A stretch of DNA of 37,094 nucleotides from Spirochaetales bacterium (GTDB taxonomy: Bacteria; Spirochaetota; Spirochaetia; Sphaerochaetales; Sphaerochaetaceae). The notes beneath the pieces were generated by a model that saw only the letters and a program-made list of their open reading frames with translations, was not told the origin of the DNA and made no database searches. The position numbers and the translations under genes are program-made. Shown one piece after another: positions 8,828-16,770 of this stretch. Where the stretch lies: assembly GCA_017475725.1 (NCBI GenBank), contig JAFVFA010000052.1, positions 1-37,094 on the forward strand, in the 5' to 3' direction. Position 1 is the first letter of the stretch, and each line of letters starts with the position of its first letter.

Positions 8828-11800
8828 ATGAGAAAACTAGTCTTGTTTGTTTTGTTGATTTCTTTGTTCGCCATGGTCTCCTGCAACGAGGAGCCTGCTA
8901 CTGTGGTCCAGCAGACCCCCACAATCAGGGGTTCCGTCTCAATCCCCGCAGGTGCAGGGGTCACCGGAAGTGACTTTTACGTCCGCATCATGGAGGGTGA
9001 GAGGGCTGTCTACACCGACAAGGTGAACAGTGACGGTTCATTCTCGGTGTCCGGACTCAGTGAGGAGAGGACATACAGCATACTTCTCACAACTGAGGAG
9101 CCGGGAAACATCAACGACAGCTCAAGGGATGTCCCAAGGGCAGCCACCAGCGGCTACGGCGGATGGCTGAGCAATGTGACGGCATCGGTCAACGAGCAGG
9201 CAGGGGTTGGTTCAATCAAGGTGAAGCCACTTGGAACAATCAGGGGCGTTGTGAAGAAGGACGGCGCCGAGGACAACTACGACACAACCGTATACATCCC
9301 TGGAACCTCATATCTTGCCATGACGGATGGAGAGGGGAACTTCAGCATCTTCAATGTTCCACAAGCCACATATACCCTCAGATTCATCTCCAGCGGCTAC
9401 ATGGCAAGGATGGTTGATAATGTGGTGTTGCATTCAGACAGTGACACAGAGAATCCGGTCACCACTGTGCAGGCACAGACACTGATAAAGAACGCTGGAA
9501 ATCTCATTGGAACGATCTCGAAGACAGGCTCAACAGATCACAGCAATGTTACAGTCATGCTCAGTGATGGAAAGAACACCTTCACAGGAAGCACGTCTTC
9601 AGACGGAAGTCTGCTAATCTCCAGCATAATCCCTGGAACATATACTGCCACAATCAGTGCAAGCGGGTTCCTGACACAGACAATCGAAGGCCTCACAATA
9701 GAGGCTGCGAAGAACACGGCACTCAATCCTATAAGCCTCATAGCAAATGGTGGAAGCATAGCTGGAACGGTTGAGATGAACGATGGAGGCGAGAAGGCAG
9801 GTGTACTGATAACCGCGAAGAGCACCGATGACAAGTACTCCTACACCACAAGTACGGATGCCGAGGGCAAATACGTGATCAACAACACCTATCCCGGAGT
9901 ATACATCCTAACCGCCTCAAAAGCTGGTTATCCCTCTGTGACTACAGGAGAAGCAGCCTCAATTGCAGGACAGACAACAACTATTGGAGTCATTTCCCTC
10001 TCATCCAAGTATGGCAGTGTCTCAGGCAGGGTGGCACTTTCAGAGAGTGTGGACAACAGTGGAGTTACAGTTTCCCTTACATGCGGTGCAGGTCCGTCAA
10101 TCGCCTACACGGCTGTGTCAGGAGCAGATGGAACATACACAATCAGTAGCCTTACAACAGCTGGGCAATACACCATCACATTCAGCAAGGACGGCTATGT
10201 GTCTAATACTGGAACCGTGGTGAATGTTGTGCTCGGGCAGAATCAGGTGATAGAGGACGTCACACTGAAGAGCCTTGCCTCCAAGGTGTTCGGAAATGTC
10301 ACCCTTGAAGAGACGGGGGACTACACTGGAATCTCCGTCCAACTGAAGGCAGTGGATGGCTCAGTTCAATACGATGCAACAACGGACCAGCAGGGAAACT
10401 ATGTCATGGCAAGAGTTAACCCCGGCGAATACTCACTGACTGCATCAAAGGCTGGATATGTGTCCAAGACTGTTGAATCGATAATTATTGAGTCGTCAAC
10501 TGAGAAGGAGCTTGATTTAGTGATCCTTAATATAGGAACACGATCTGTTTTCGGAACAGTCAGTCTTGAACTGGGAAACAGTCATGAAGGAACTCTAGTA
10601 ACTGCAACAAATACCCAAGACACTACGAAAATATACTCTGCTATTACTAATACTGCAGGTGAATTCACCCTTGCGGGTATGGTTCCGGGCAGGTATAACG
10701 TTGCATTGTCTCACAGCAACTATGTGACATCCACTGTATCTATCGATGTTATTGACGGTACTCTTGCAACAAACGATAATGTGAAACTTGCAATTGCAAG
10801 AGGTGCAATTCAAGGTTATGCCAAGCTTGAGGGCTACACAGATTACAGCGGAACATCTGTCGTTCTTGTCGGAACGGACTATTCTACCGTCACTGATAAT
10901 GAAGGATTCTATTCACTCAATGTGCCTACGGGAAACTATTCCGGTGGAATCCTGTTCGAACATGAGGATTTCGAGAGTCATATGCATGTCTCTACTGTCA
11001 CTGTGCAGATGAGCGGAGCATATGGAATCCCGACTGTGACATTGGATGCAAAGAATGTCAGAGTGGTTAAAGGTGTATTCACCTTGAAGGACAGATCCGA
11101 CAGTTCAGGCATCTCTGTCTATTTTGAGGATCTTCCACATTATTCTGCAGAGACGGATACAGAGGGAAACTGGGTAATTGAACATGTGCCGCTCGGTCAG
11201 CACAATCTTGTCACATACAGGGAAAACGTCAAGTCGTTCAGTATGACTGTAGAACTTGAACCTGCACCAGCGTATGACAATGGCACATTGGTTCTTATTC
11301 CTGAATCTGCAACAATTCAGGGTTTTGCAAGGTTATCCGGAATGACTTCATATGCAGGCATCGAAGTGACAGCAACACCTGAAGGAGTTGGAGATGTAAT
11401 CACCACAACCACAAAGGCAGATGGGTCATATTATATGTCGAATTTGCTTTCCACATCGGACTACACAATCTCGTTCTTCAAGGAAGGTTGGAAAATGGAA
11501 AGCATCAAGCAGAGGAATTTCACAGAACTTGAAGTCCGGACTCTTGATGATATCGCTATGGTTGATAATACGGCTCCTGTCATTTCCGATGTGGTCATCA
11601 ACAACGGCGGGGCTACGACTTCCGACAGGGAAATAAGAATTTATCTTTCATCCAATGACCTCGGAAGCGGATGCAAAAGAGTCCAGATCAACACAGAAAA
11701 CAGGTTTGATGAAACTGTGATATATAGGGACTATTATGATGAGCAGGATTTCACACTTCCTGAGGGAAACGGTGAAAAGACCATATACATCAAGGTGTAT

Positions 11801-14023
11801 GACCTTGCTGGAAACGGCTCTGAGGTGTTCCGGAAAACAATAACGTTGACCGAACAGAAGACCAAGGTGGGTGGCGTTCTTGTAGGTGCGACTGATATTG
11901 TATGGACCAAAGAAAAGAGTCCGTACTACGTGGAAAGCAGTATTCTGGTCGAGTCTGGTCGTACCTTGACCATAGAGCATGGTGTAGTTGTTGAATTTGC
12001 TGGACCTTACTATATCGATGTCGAGGGAACCATGTATGTTAATGGTACGGAAGACGACATGGTATGTATGTATGGTGTGGGTGAAGGCGAGAATACGTGG
12101 AAGGGTGTAAACTTCCTCAGTAAAAATCTTGTTTATACAGGAACGGAGTATGAACCGGTCTATGTAAGCGGAAACAGGATGTCCTATGTGAACATTCAGA
12201 ATAATGCAGAAGGGATAACGGGAACAGCGTGGATTGAAAAATGTACTATTACGACAAGTTCCAATATAAATGAAAAGGCATCATGGCAATGGCGAGGTCT
12301 TGCATTTGGAAATGCTGGTTTTGGAGAAGGCCCTCAAAGCAATGGAACTCAGATGCAGTCAATTTTCTATGTTTCAGGGGTATTTAAGGATAATACTATC
12401 ATTGGTGATTTCTCCTGCTATGGCTTGGCCCCATTTATTTTTGCAAATAACCAAGTGGAAGGAAATGTGTTTATCCAGAATACAAATAATGATGCTCGCA
12501 ATATGGAGTACCACTTCTACAATAATCGCTTTGTTGGGATAGGCTGCAAGTTTGGAATAGATACTTATTACAAGAATGATTACTTCTTTGCAAATAATGC
12601 TTTTAATGGCTTTGAAAGCCTTTCTGTGTTTTCTAGTTGGAGCACGGAGAGAGTAGATTGGGGCGATTCTCGTTTTTCTTATGATAACTGCTCTTTTGAG
12701 GCCATTAATCAAATTAGCATTGATGTTAGGGGCTCTGGATGTGCAGGACGAATAAAAGGGGTGTTTTGTGGGTGCTTGTTTGATAGCATTGAGACAATTG
12801 AAATCGGTTTTTCTGTTGATGTGAATTATTCTAATATTATTGACGTTTCGAAGATTTCTGTCACATCTCAGAGACAATATCTTGGATCAAACTCATTCTC
12901 CAACAATTACTGGGGGCCTGATAAGGTTTTTTCAATGAATAATAATGGAGATGATTTCAATTATGCCTTCTTCTCTGATTTCTATGACGATATTGTTGTG
13001 TCCAAGCTTGATTATTCGGGATGGGTTCAGAATCCATTTGAAACAGCAGGGTACCGAGGAGAAGACTACTGCTCTTATGAGTTGGTTCCAGAAAAACCTA
13101 TTGAAGCTACTATTAATGTCGATTCAGATTACGTGATGACGAATGTGGGTGTAAATCGCATCTTCGTTTTACCTGTCTACGGATCAGATGCTATAAGGTA
13201 TAGAGCTTTTCAGAACCTTGATGAGTTGTTGGTACTCGCCTCAGATGAAGGATGGACAGAGACTGTCGATCACAAGATTAGTATTTATCCAGATAATCTG
13301 AAAGATTGGTTTATTCAGATAGAAGATGGTAATGGCAGGAAATCACGTGTTTATAGGATAGCACCAATATTTTTGGTCGGAGGTCCTGCGGGAGGATTTG
13401 TATTTTATGACTGCGATGCTGACAACAATTCTGGTGATTCTGATGGTTTAAGGTCTTCTGAGATTGGTTGGAGATATCTTGAGGCTGCTCCAGCAGATCT
13501 TAAGGTTGTCAATGGTGTCCCGACAGTCGACTCTTCTGTCAACGGATATTCAAGTGCTTCCAGCGAATATGAATTCGGTTATTACAGGACAGCCGACAGC
13601 GGAGATAACTTGTATGTAAATGGAACACCCACTTACAGAGGATCCAACTGCACAGGAACTGCCATAGGAACAGGAGAGTCCAATACACAGCTTCTCGCCG
13701 AAGCAATGGGAGATGAGACTTATTCCTCAGAATCTGGCTCAAATAAGACTTCAAACTATGCCGCAAGGTTGTGTGACATAGTTGAATACACTGTGGATGG
13801 AGTGACTTATGACGACTGGTTCCTGCCAAGCAAGGACGAGCTGAACGTGATGTACACCAATCTGCACATGGCTGGTCTAGGCGATTTTGCCAACTACGGC
13901 TACTGGTCATCCAGTGAGGACAGCGATTTCACATACAATGCGTGGTTAGAGAATTTCTATGGAAGCCTGTACTGCAACAGCCGCCAACTCAGATACAAAG
14001 TACGTCCTATACGAACTTTCTAA
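8828..14023 (+). CDS. Giant modular surface lipoprotein 2 (1731 aa): paralogous N-terminal stalk, CarboxypepD_reg-like repeats, Ig-like domain, beta-helix-like region, C-terminal DUF1566 (Lcl C-terminal / C-type-lectin-like) domain
   Basis: An uninterrupted 5.2 kb ORF starting 11 nt after lipoprotein 1. It has a lipobox (LLISLFAMVSC). The first ~380 aa align colinearly with lipoprotein 1, at roughly 60% identity by eye. Confidence 0.9.
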   Translation: MRKLVLFVLLISLFAMVSCNEEPATVVQQTPTIRGSVSIPAGAGVTGSDFYVRIMEGERAVYTDKVNSDGSFSVSGLSEERTYSILLTTEEPGNINDSSRDVPRAATSGYGGWLSNVTASVNEQAGVGSIKVKPLGTIRGVVKKDGAEDNYDTTVYIPGTSYLAMTDGEGNFSIFNVPQATYTLRFISSGYMARMVDNVVLHSDSDTENPVTTVQAQTLIKNAGNLIGTISKTGSTDHSNVTVMLSDGKNTFTGSTSSDGSLLISSIIPGTYTATISASGFLTQTIEGLTIEAAKNTALNPISLIANGGSIAGTVEMNDGGEKAGVLITAKSTDDKYSYTTSTDAEGKYVINNTYPGVYILTASKAGYPSVTTGEAASIAGQTTTIGVISLSSKYGSVSGRVALSESVDNSGVTVSLTCGAGPSIAYTAVSGADGTYTISSLTTAGQYTITFSKDGYVSNTGTVVNVVLGQNQVIEDVTLKSLASKVFGNVTLEETGDYTGISVQLKAVDGSVQYDATTDQQGNYVMARVNPGEYSLTASKAGYVSKTVESIIIESSTEKELDLVILNIGTRSVFGTVSLELGNSHEGTLVTATNTQDTTKIYSAITNTAGEFTLAGMVPGRYNVALSHSNYVTSTVSIDVIDGTLATNDNVKLAIARGAIQGYAKLEGYTDYSGTSVVLVGTDYSTVTDNEGFYSLNVPTGNYSGGILFEHEDFESHMHVSTVTVQMSGAYGIPTVTLDAKNVRVVKGVFTLKDRSDSSGISVYFEDLPHYSAETDTEGNWVIEHVPLGQHNLVTYRENVKSFSMTVELEPAPAYDNGTLVLIPESATIQGFARLSGMTSYAGIEVTATPEGVGDVITTTTKADGSYYMSNLLSTSDYTISFFKEGWKMESIKQRNFTELEVRTLDDIAMVDNTAPVISDVVINNGGATTSDREIRIYLSSNDLGSGCKRVQINTENRFDETVIYRDYYDEQDFTLPEGNGEKTIYIKVYDLAGNGSEVFRKTITLTEQKTKVGGVLVGATDIVWTKEKSPYYVESSILVESGRTLTIEHGVVVEFAGPYYIDVEGTMYVNGTEDDMVCMYGVGEGENTWKGVNFLSKNLVYTGTEYEPVYVSGNRMSYVNIQNNAEGITGTAWIEKCTITTSSNINEKASWQWRGLAFGNAGFGEGPQSNGTQMQSIFYVSGVFKDNTIIGDFSCYGLAPFIFANNQVEGNVFIQNTNNDARNMEYHFYNNRFVGIGCKFGIDTYYKNDYFFANNAFNGFESLSVFSSWSTERVDWGDSRFSYDNCSFEAINQISIDVRGSGCAGRIKGVFCGCLFDSIETIEIGFSVDVNYSNIIDVSKISVTSQRQYLGSNSFSNNYWGPDKVFSMNNNGDDFNYAFFSDFYDDIVVSKLDYSGWVQNPFETAGYRGEDYCSYELVPEKPIEATINVDSDYVMTNVGVNRIFVLPVYGSDAIRYRAFQNLDELLVLASDEGWTETVDHKISIYPDNLKDWFIQIEDGNGRKSRVYRIAPIFLVGGPAGGFVFYDCDADNNSGDSDGLRSSEIGWRYLEAAPADLKVVNGVPTVDSSVNGYSSASSEYEFGYYRTADSGDNLYVNGTPTYRGSNCTGTAIGTGESNTQLLAEAMGDETYSSESGSNKTSNYAARLCDIVEYTVDGVTYDDWFLPSKDELNVMYTNLHMAGLGDFANYGYWSSSEDSDFTYNAWLENFYGSLYCNSRQLRYKVRPIRTF
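8915..11565 (+). repeat. CarboxypepD_reg/PEGA-like beta-sandwich repeat array in lipoprotein 2
   Basis: Modules recur such as YGSVSGRVALSESVDNSGVTVSL...GADGTYTISSLTTAGQYTITFSKDGY, VFGNVTLEETGDYTGISVQLKAVDGS...TDQQGNYVMARVNPGEYSLTASKAGY and IQGYAKLEGYTDYSGTSVVLVGTDYSTVTDNEGFYSLNVPTGNY. Confidence 0.7.
11860..13000 (+). other. Right-handed beta-helix-like region (protein domain) of lipoprotein 2
   Basis: It opens with WTKEKSPYYVESSILVESGRTLTIEHGVVVEFAGPYYIDVEGTMYVNGTEDDMV, the common 'SPY.V...i.V..G.TLTIEPGV.V.F' beta-helix entry motif. N/G/F-rich pseudo-repeats follow. The preceding NTAPVISDVVINNGGATTSDREIRIYLSS...YIKVYDLAGNGS segment looks Ig-like. Boundaries are approximate. Confidence 0.5.
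13375..14020 (+). other. DUF1566 / Lcl C-terminal-like domain of lipoprotein 2
   Basis: The entry is GGPAGGFVFYDCD...GWRYLEAAPADL. The terminal DDWFLPSKDELNVMYTNL...YGYWSSSEDSDFTYNAWLENFYGSLYCNSRQLRYKVRPIRTF matches the DUF1566 pattern W(R/F)LP(T/S)xxEL...YWSS(T/S)E...AW...F..G......VR.(V/I)R.F. Confidence 0.75.
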
Positions 14024-14036
14024 CCAATTTGATTGC

Positions 14037-15137
14037 ATGACAAAAGGAGACCTGTTGAGCGTGTTACATGAATTCAAAGAGTGGCTCGAAATAACAGAAG
14101 ATTCCAAGAATTCCTATAGCTCATATGTTAGTTCTTTGTTTGTTCGTGTCCTTGAGCCTAGGATGGCCGATATAAAGGAAATCTTTAGTGACAATCAAGT
14201 TGAGCCAGATACTCCTCTTTTAGCATGGATTGTTGATTCTGCTCGAAGCGAGGAAGAACTATCTTCGTTTTCTTGTTTGGTAGAGAATATTATTTCAACA
14301 GAGATTGCAAACACCAGAAGTGGTACTAGTTCTTTATCCATACCGGCTAAGACATTATCCAATTACAGAAGTGGCTTTAGAAGATTCATTAATTATCTTG
14401 GAGTAGAGAATAGCGTAGTAAAGAAATGTGAGGATATTGGTTTTCCCAAATCGGAAAAGAAGATTGAGATTCCATTCAATTCTGATCAGTTTTTCAGCCA
14501 CAGACAGATGTTCAACACTTTCAAAAGCAGGCTGAAGACCCAGGATCGTTTTTACTCACACATTATTTTCCCCGTGAGGCTCCTAAGTAAGTTGTTCAAT
14601 GGAAAGGGAAAAAAGGAAGAGTACAACTTGGTACTGAAAAATACCATTGATTCAACAAAGATCCTCATATGTGGAGAAGAAAAGGATGTTTGCTTCAGTT
14701 CTGTTTCATCACTTAACATCAATATAGGAAAAGAAAACTCATGCCAAGTCAATGTTGTAGACAAAGGATGGAAGACTGTATGTACAGAATGTTATGAGAA
14801 TGGTGGCGGACCCAAAATCCGTTTGCTACAACCGTTATCCTTCATGGACTTGTCATTAGATCATGATACAGCAATGCATAACCTTTTGGAGGAGCATTGT
14901 CTGGATTATCCTGCACTTAAAAGGCTCTCTGATCGCATTGCCAATCACTTCAATATATCTGGGGATTACAATCAGCTAAGAGGTTACAGAGATAGGATTT
15001 GTTCAGAATTCTATGAAAGTGTGGGTTTCTCTGAAAACGAGATTGACAATCTTTACAAAGAGTTCGTTGAGCTCAGCGAAAAAATAAGTTTAACAATCAT
15101 GGAGCGTTCTGAGAACTCGAGAAAGAATGCTTCATAA
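14037..15137 (+). CDS. Hypothetical cytoplasmic protein (366 aa), AT-rich orphan inside the surface-protein operon
   Basis: The ORF is open from 13959, but that start overlaps the stop of the upstream gene. The first non-overlapping ATG is 14037 (MTKGDLLSVLHEFKEWLEI...). It has no signal peptide or TM segment, and I recognise no family. Confidence 0.6.
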   Translation: MTKGDLLSVLHEFKEWLEITEDSKNSYSSYVSSLFVRVLEPRMADIKEIFSDNQVEPDTPLLAWIVDSARSEEELSSFSCLVENIISTEIANTRSGTSSLSIPAKTLSNYRSGFRRFINYLGVENSVVKKCEDIGFPKSEKKIEIPFNSDQFFSHRQMFNTFKSRLKTQDRFYSHIIFPVRLLSKLFNGKGKKEEYNLVLKNTIDSTKILICGEEKDVCFSSVSSLNINIGKENSCQVNVVDKGWKTVCTECYENGGGPKIRLLQPLSFMDLSLDHDTAMHNLLEEHCLDYPALKRLSDRIANHFNISGDYNQLRGYRDRICSEFYESVGFSENEIDNLYKEFVELSEKISLTIMERSENSRKNAS

Positions 15138-15167
15138 TGGATAAAACAATTGTTAAAAGGAGTTAAC

Positions 15168-15755
15168 ATGAAAAAAATCGCAATCCTTTTGCTGTGCATC
15201 ATCGCACTGGGACTGATCGTATCATGCCAGGCCACCAACCATGGTGTGGCATTGTCGCAGAACAAGGGAGTGGTCGGGAAGAACGGCATCCCCAGACCGG
15301 ATTGGGTCATCTATGACCAGTCAACCAAGAAGATGCACTTCGCCTCAGGCTTCGGCACAAGCAAGACATTCGAGGTCGCCAAGCAGAAGGCCGTGCTGAA
15401 CGCCGATGCAGAGCTTGCACTGTGGATTGCAAACTCCGTTACCGCCGTCAGGGACAGGTACATAGAGGAGGCCATAGTCAACGAGAGCGAGACATACATC
15501 GACAAGTTCGTCTCCACTGCAACAGAGATGGGCAACGCCGTCATGTCCGGAGTCACAGAGATCGACTACTGGGAGGACGGGGACGGTGGTGTCTGGGTTC
15601 TCCGCGCCATTGAGGTCGCAAACGTCAAGGCACAGATTGCCGCTGCCATAAGCGCAACATGTGCAGAGCCGACCCTGTTCAGCGGCACCACTGATGTCGC
15701 TGATGTCATGGCCAAGCTCAACAAGGCCCTTGACGAGTACTTCCCGGCAGAATGA
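15168..15755 (+). CDS. LPP20/FlgP-like lipoprotein
   Basis: The ATG at 15168 follows AAAAGGAG. A lipobox is present (IIALGLIVSCQ). The core IPRPDWVIY...HFASGFGTSKTFEVAKQKAVLNADAELALWIANSV fits the LPP20 pattern (P.W....y.vG.G......A...A...A..ELa..i). Confidence 0.7.
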   Translation: MKKIAILLLCIIALGLIVSCQATNHGVALSQNKGVVGKNGIPRPDWVIYDQSTKKMHFASGFGTSKTFEVAKQKAVLNADAELALWIANSVTAVRDRYIEEAIVNESETYIDKFVSTATEMGNAVMSGVTEIDYWEDGDGGVWVLRAIEVANVKAQIAAAISATCAEPTLFSGTTDVADVMAKLNKALDEYFPAE

Positions 15756-16762
15756 TGAGAAGGAACCTTTGCATCTTTGCTGCGGTCCTGCTTCTTGCAG
15801 GACTGCTGGTGTCCTGTGCATCGTCAAAGTGGGTGTCGGATCCCTATGCCTCCTATCCGCAGGCTGACTATGTCTGCGCAGTGGGGAAGGGCAGCACTCA
15901 AGATGAAGCCGACCTTGCGGCCAGGCGTGAACTTGCAGCCCTTTTCGGCATGAGTGTGCAGTCCACAATCTCCAGGACCCTTGTCGAGACATCTGTCGAG
16001 AGGGATGGCCGGAGCTCGGAGAGCTTCAGCGAGTTCTTCACAAGCAATGCTACCACAACGGTGAATGTGGACAACCTCTACGGGGTGGAGATCGCCAAAC
16101 GGACGACAGAGAAGGACGGCAGGTCCGTCTCTCTTGCCGTGATGGAGAAGAAGGCCACCGCTGACTACTATCTTGCCAGATTGAAGTCTGACAAAGAGGA
16201 GATCGATGGCCTGAAAGCATCAATTGCACCGAATTTCGGCAAGTTGAAAGCCATTTCGGACTCTGTATCCATCATCCGGAAGGTTAATGACTACAACACC
16301 AGCGTGGTCATGTGCAACTACCTGACCGGTGGGGAGATCCCTTTCATGAGCCTGGCGGAGTTCAGTGAGCTCTACAGACAGGCAATGGATGCCGTTGTGG
16401 TCGATGTTGTTGTGGAAGGCGATCCCTCAGGTGCCGTCAAGAGCGCTGTGGACAAGATCGTCACGGGTTGCGGCCTTTCAGTTGCCGCCGGAAACTCGGA
16501 GCCCACTGCCAAGGTCGCAGTCACAGTGGTTTGGCGTGAGAGTGCAGGTACAGGCGTAGCAAGCTCATTCCTGTTCGCGGACTACAACGCCGACATCTCG
16601 CTGGTGGATCTTGCAGATGGGGAGAGTATCTTCGTCAGATCCTACAAGGGTAAGGAAGGTCATCAGACTTTCGAGAGCGCCAAGGCCAGGGCTATCACAG
16701 ATCTGGTTGGCCAGATCGAGGATGAGTTCGGACCCGCGATGAGGGAAGTCTTCACATACTAG
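15752..16762 (+). CDS. LPP20-domain lipoprotein with C-terminal extension
   Basis: Its start overlaps the upstream stop (ATGA), implying translational coupling. A lipobox is present (LLLAGLLVSCASS). ADYVCAVGKGSTQDEADLAARRELAALFGMSVQSTI is a second LPP20-like core. About 200 further residues are of unknown fold. Confidence 0.65.
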   Translation: MMRRNLCIFAAVLLLAGLLVSCASSKWVSDPYASYPQADYVCAVGKGSTQDEADLAARRELAALFGMSVQSTISRTLVETSVERDGRSSESFSEFFTSNATTTVNVDNLYGVEIAKRTTEKDGRSVSLAVMEKKATADYYLARLKSDKEEIDGLKASIAPNFGKLKAISDSVSIIRKVNDYNTSVVMCNYLTGGEIPFMSLAEFSELYRQAMDAVVVDVVVEGDPSGAVKSAVDKIVTGCGLSVAAGNSEPTAKVAVTVVWRESAGTGVASSFLFADYNADISLVDLADGESIFVRSYKGKEGHQTFESAKARAITDLVGQIEDEFGPAMREVFTY

Positions 16763-16770
16763 GAGAGTTT

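Noticed and set aside
13959-14036. N-terminal extension of the orphan ORF (track start 13959)
   Set aside because: This start would overlap the last 65 nt of giant lipoprotein 2. The ATG at 14037 lies just after that stop and gives a sensible N-terminus, so the shorter model is preferred.
13375-15137. Diversity-generating retroelement targeting the DUF1566/C-type-lectin-like C-terminus of lipoprotein 2
   Set aside because: DUF1566-type C-termini are known DGR variable-region hosts. However, I found no reverse-transcriptase motif (no YxDD-type ORF) and no template-repeat copy of the 13860-14020 segment anywhere in the window. The downstream orphan ORF shows no RT signature.
14850-15137. HNH-like nuclease motif in the orphan ORF (LSLDHDTAMHNLL ... 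ERSENSRKN)
   Set aside because: The spacing between the DH and the N..K elements is wrong for HNH, with about 80 aa in between and no Cys/His zinc pairs. It is too weak to call.
15345-15992. 215-aa minus-strand ORF across the two LPP20 genes
   Set aside because: It is antisense to two lipoprotein genes that have proper lipoboxes and an ATGA coupling. It has no motifs of its own.
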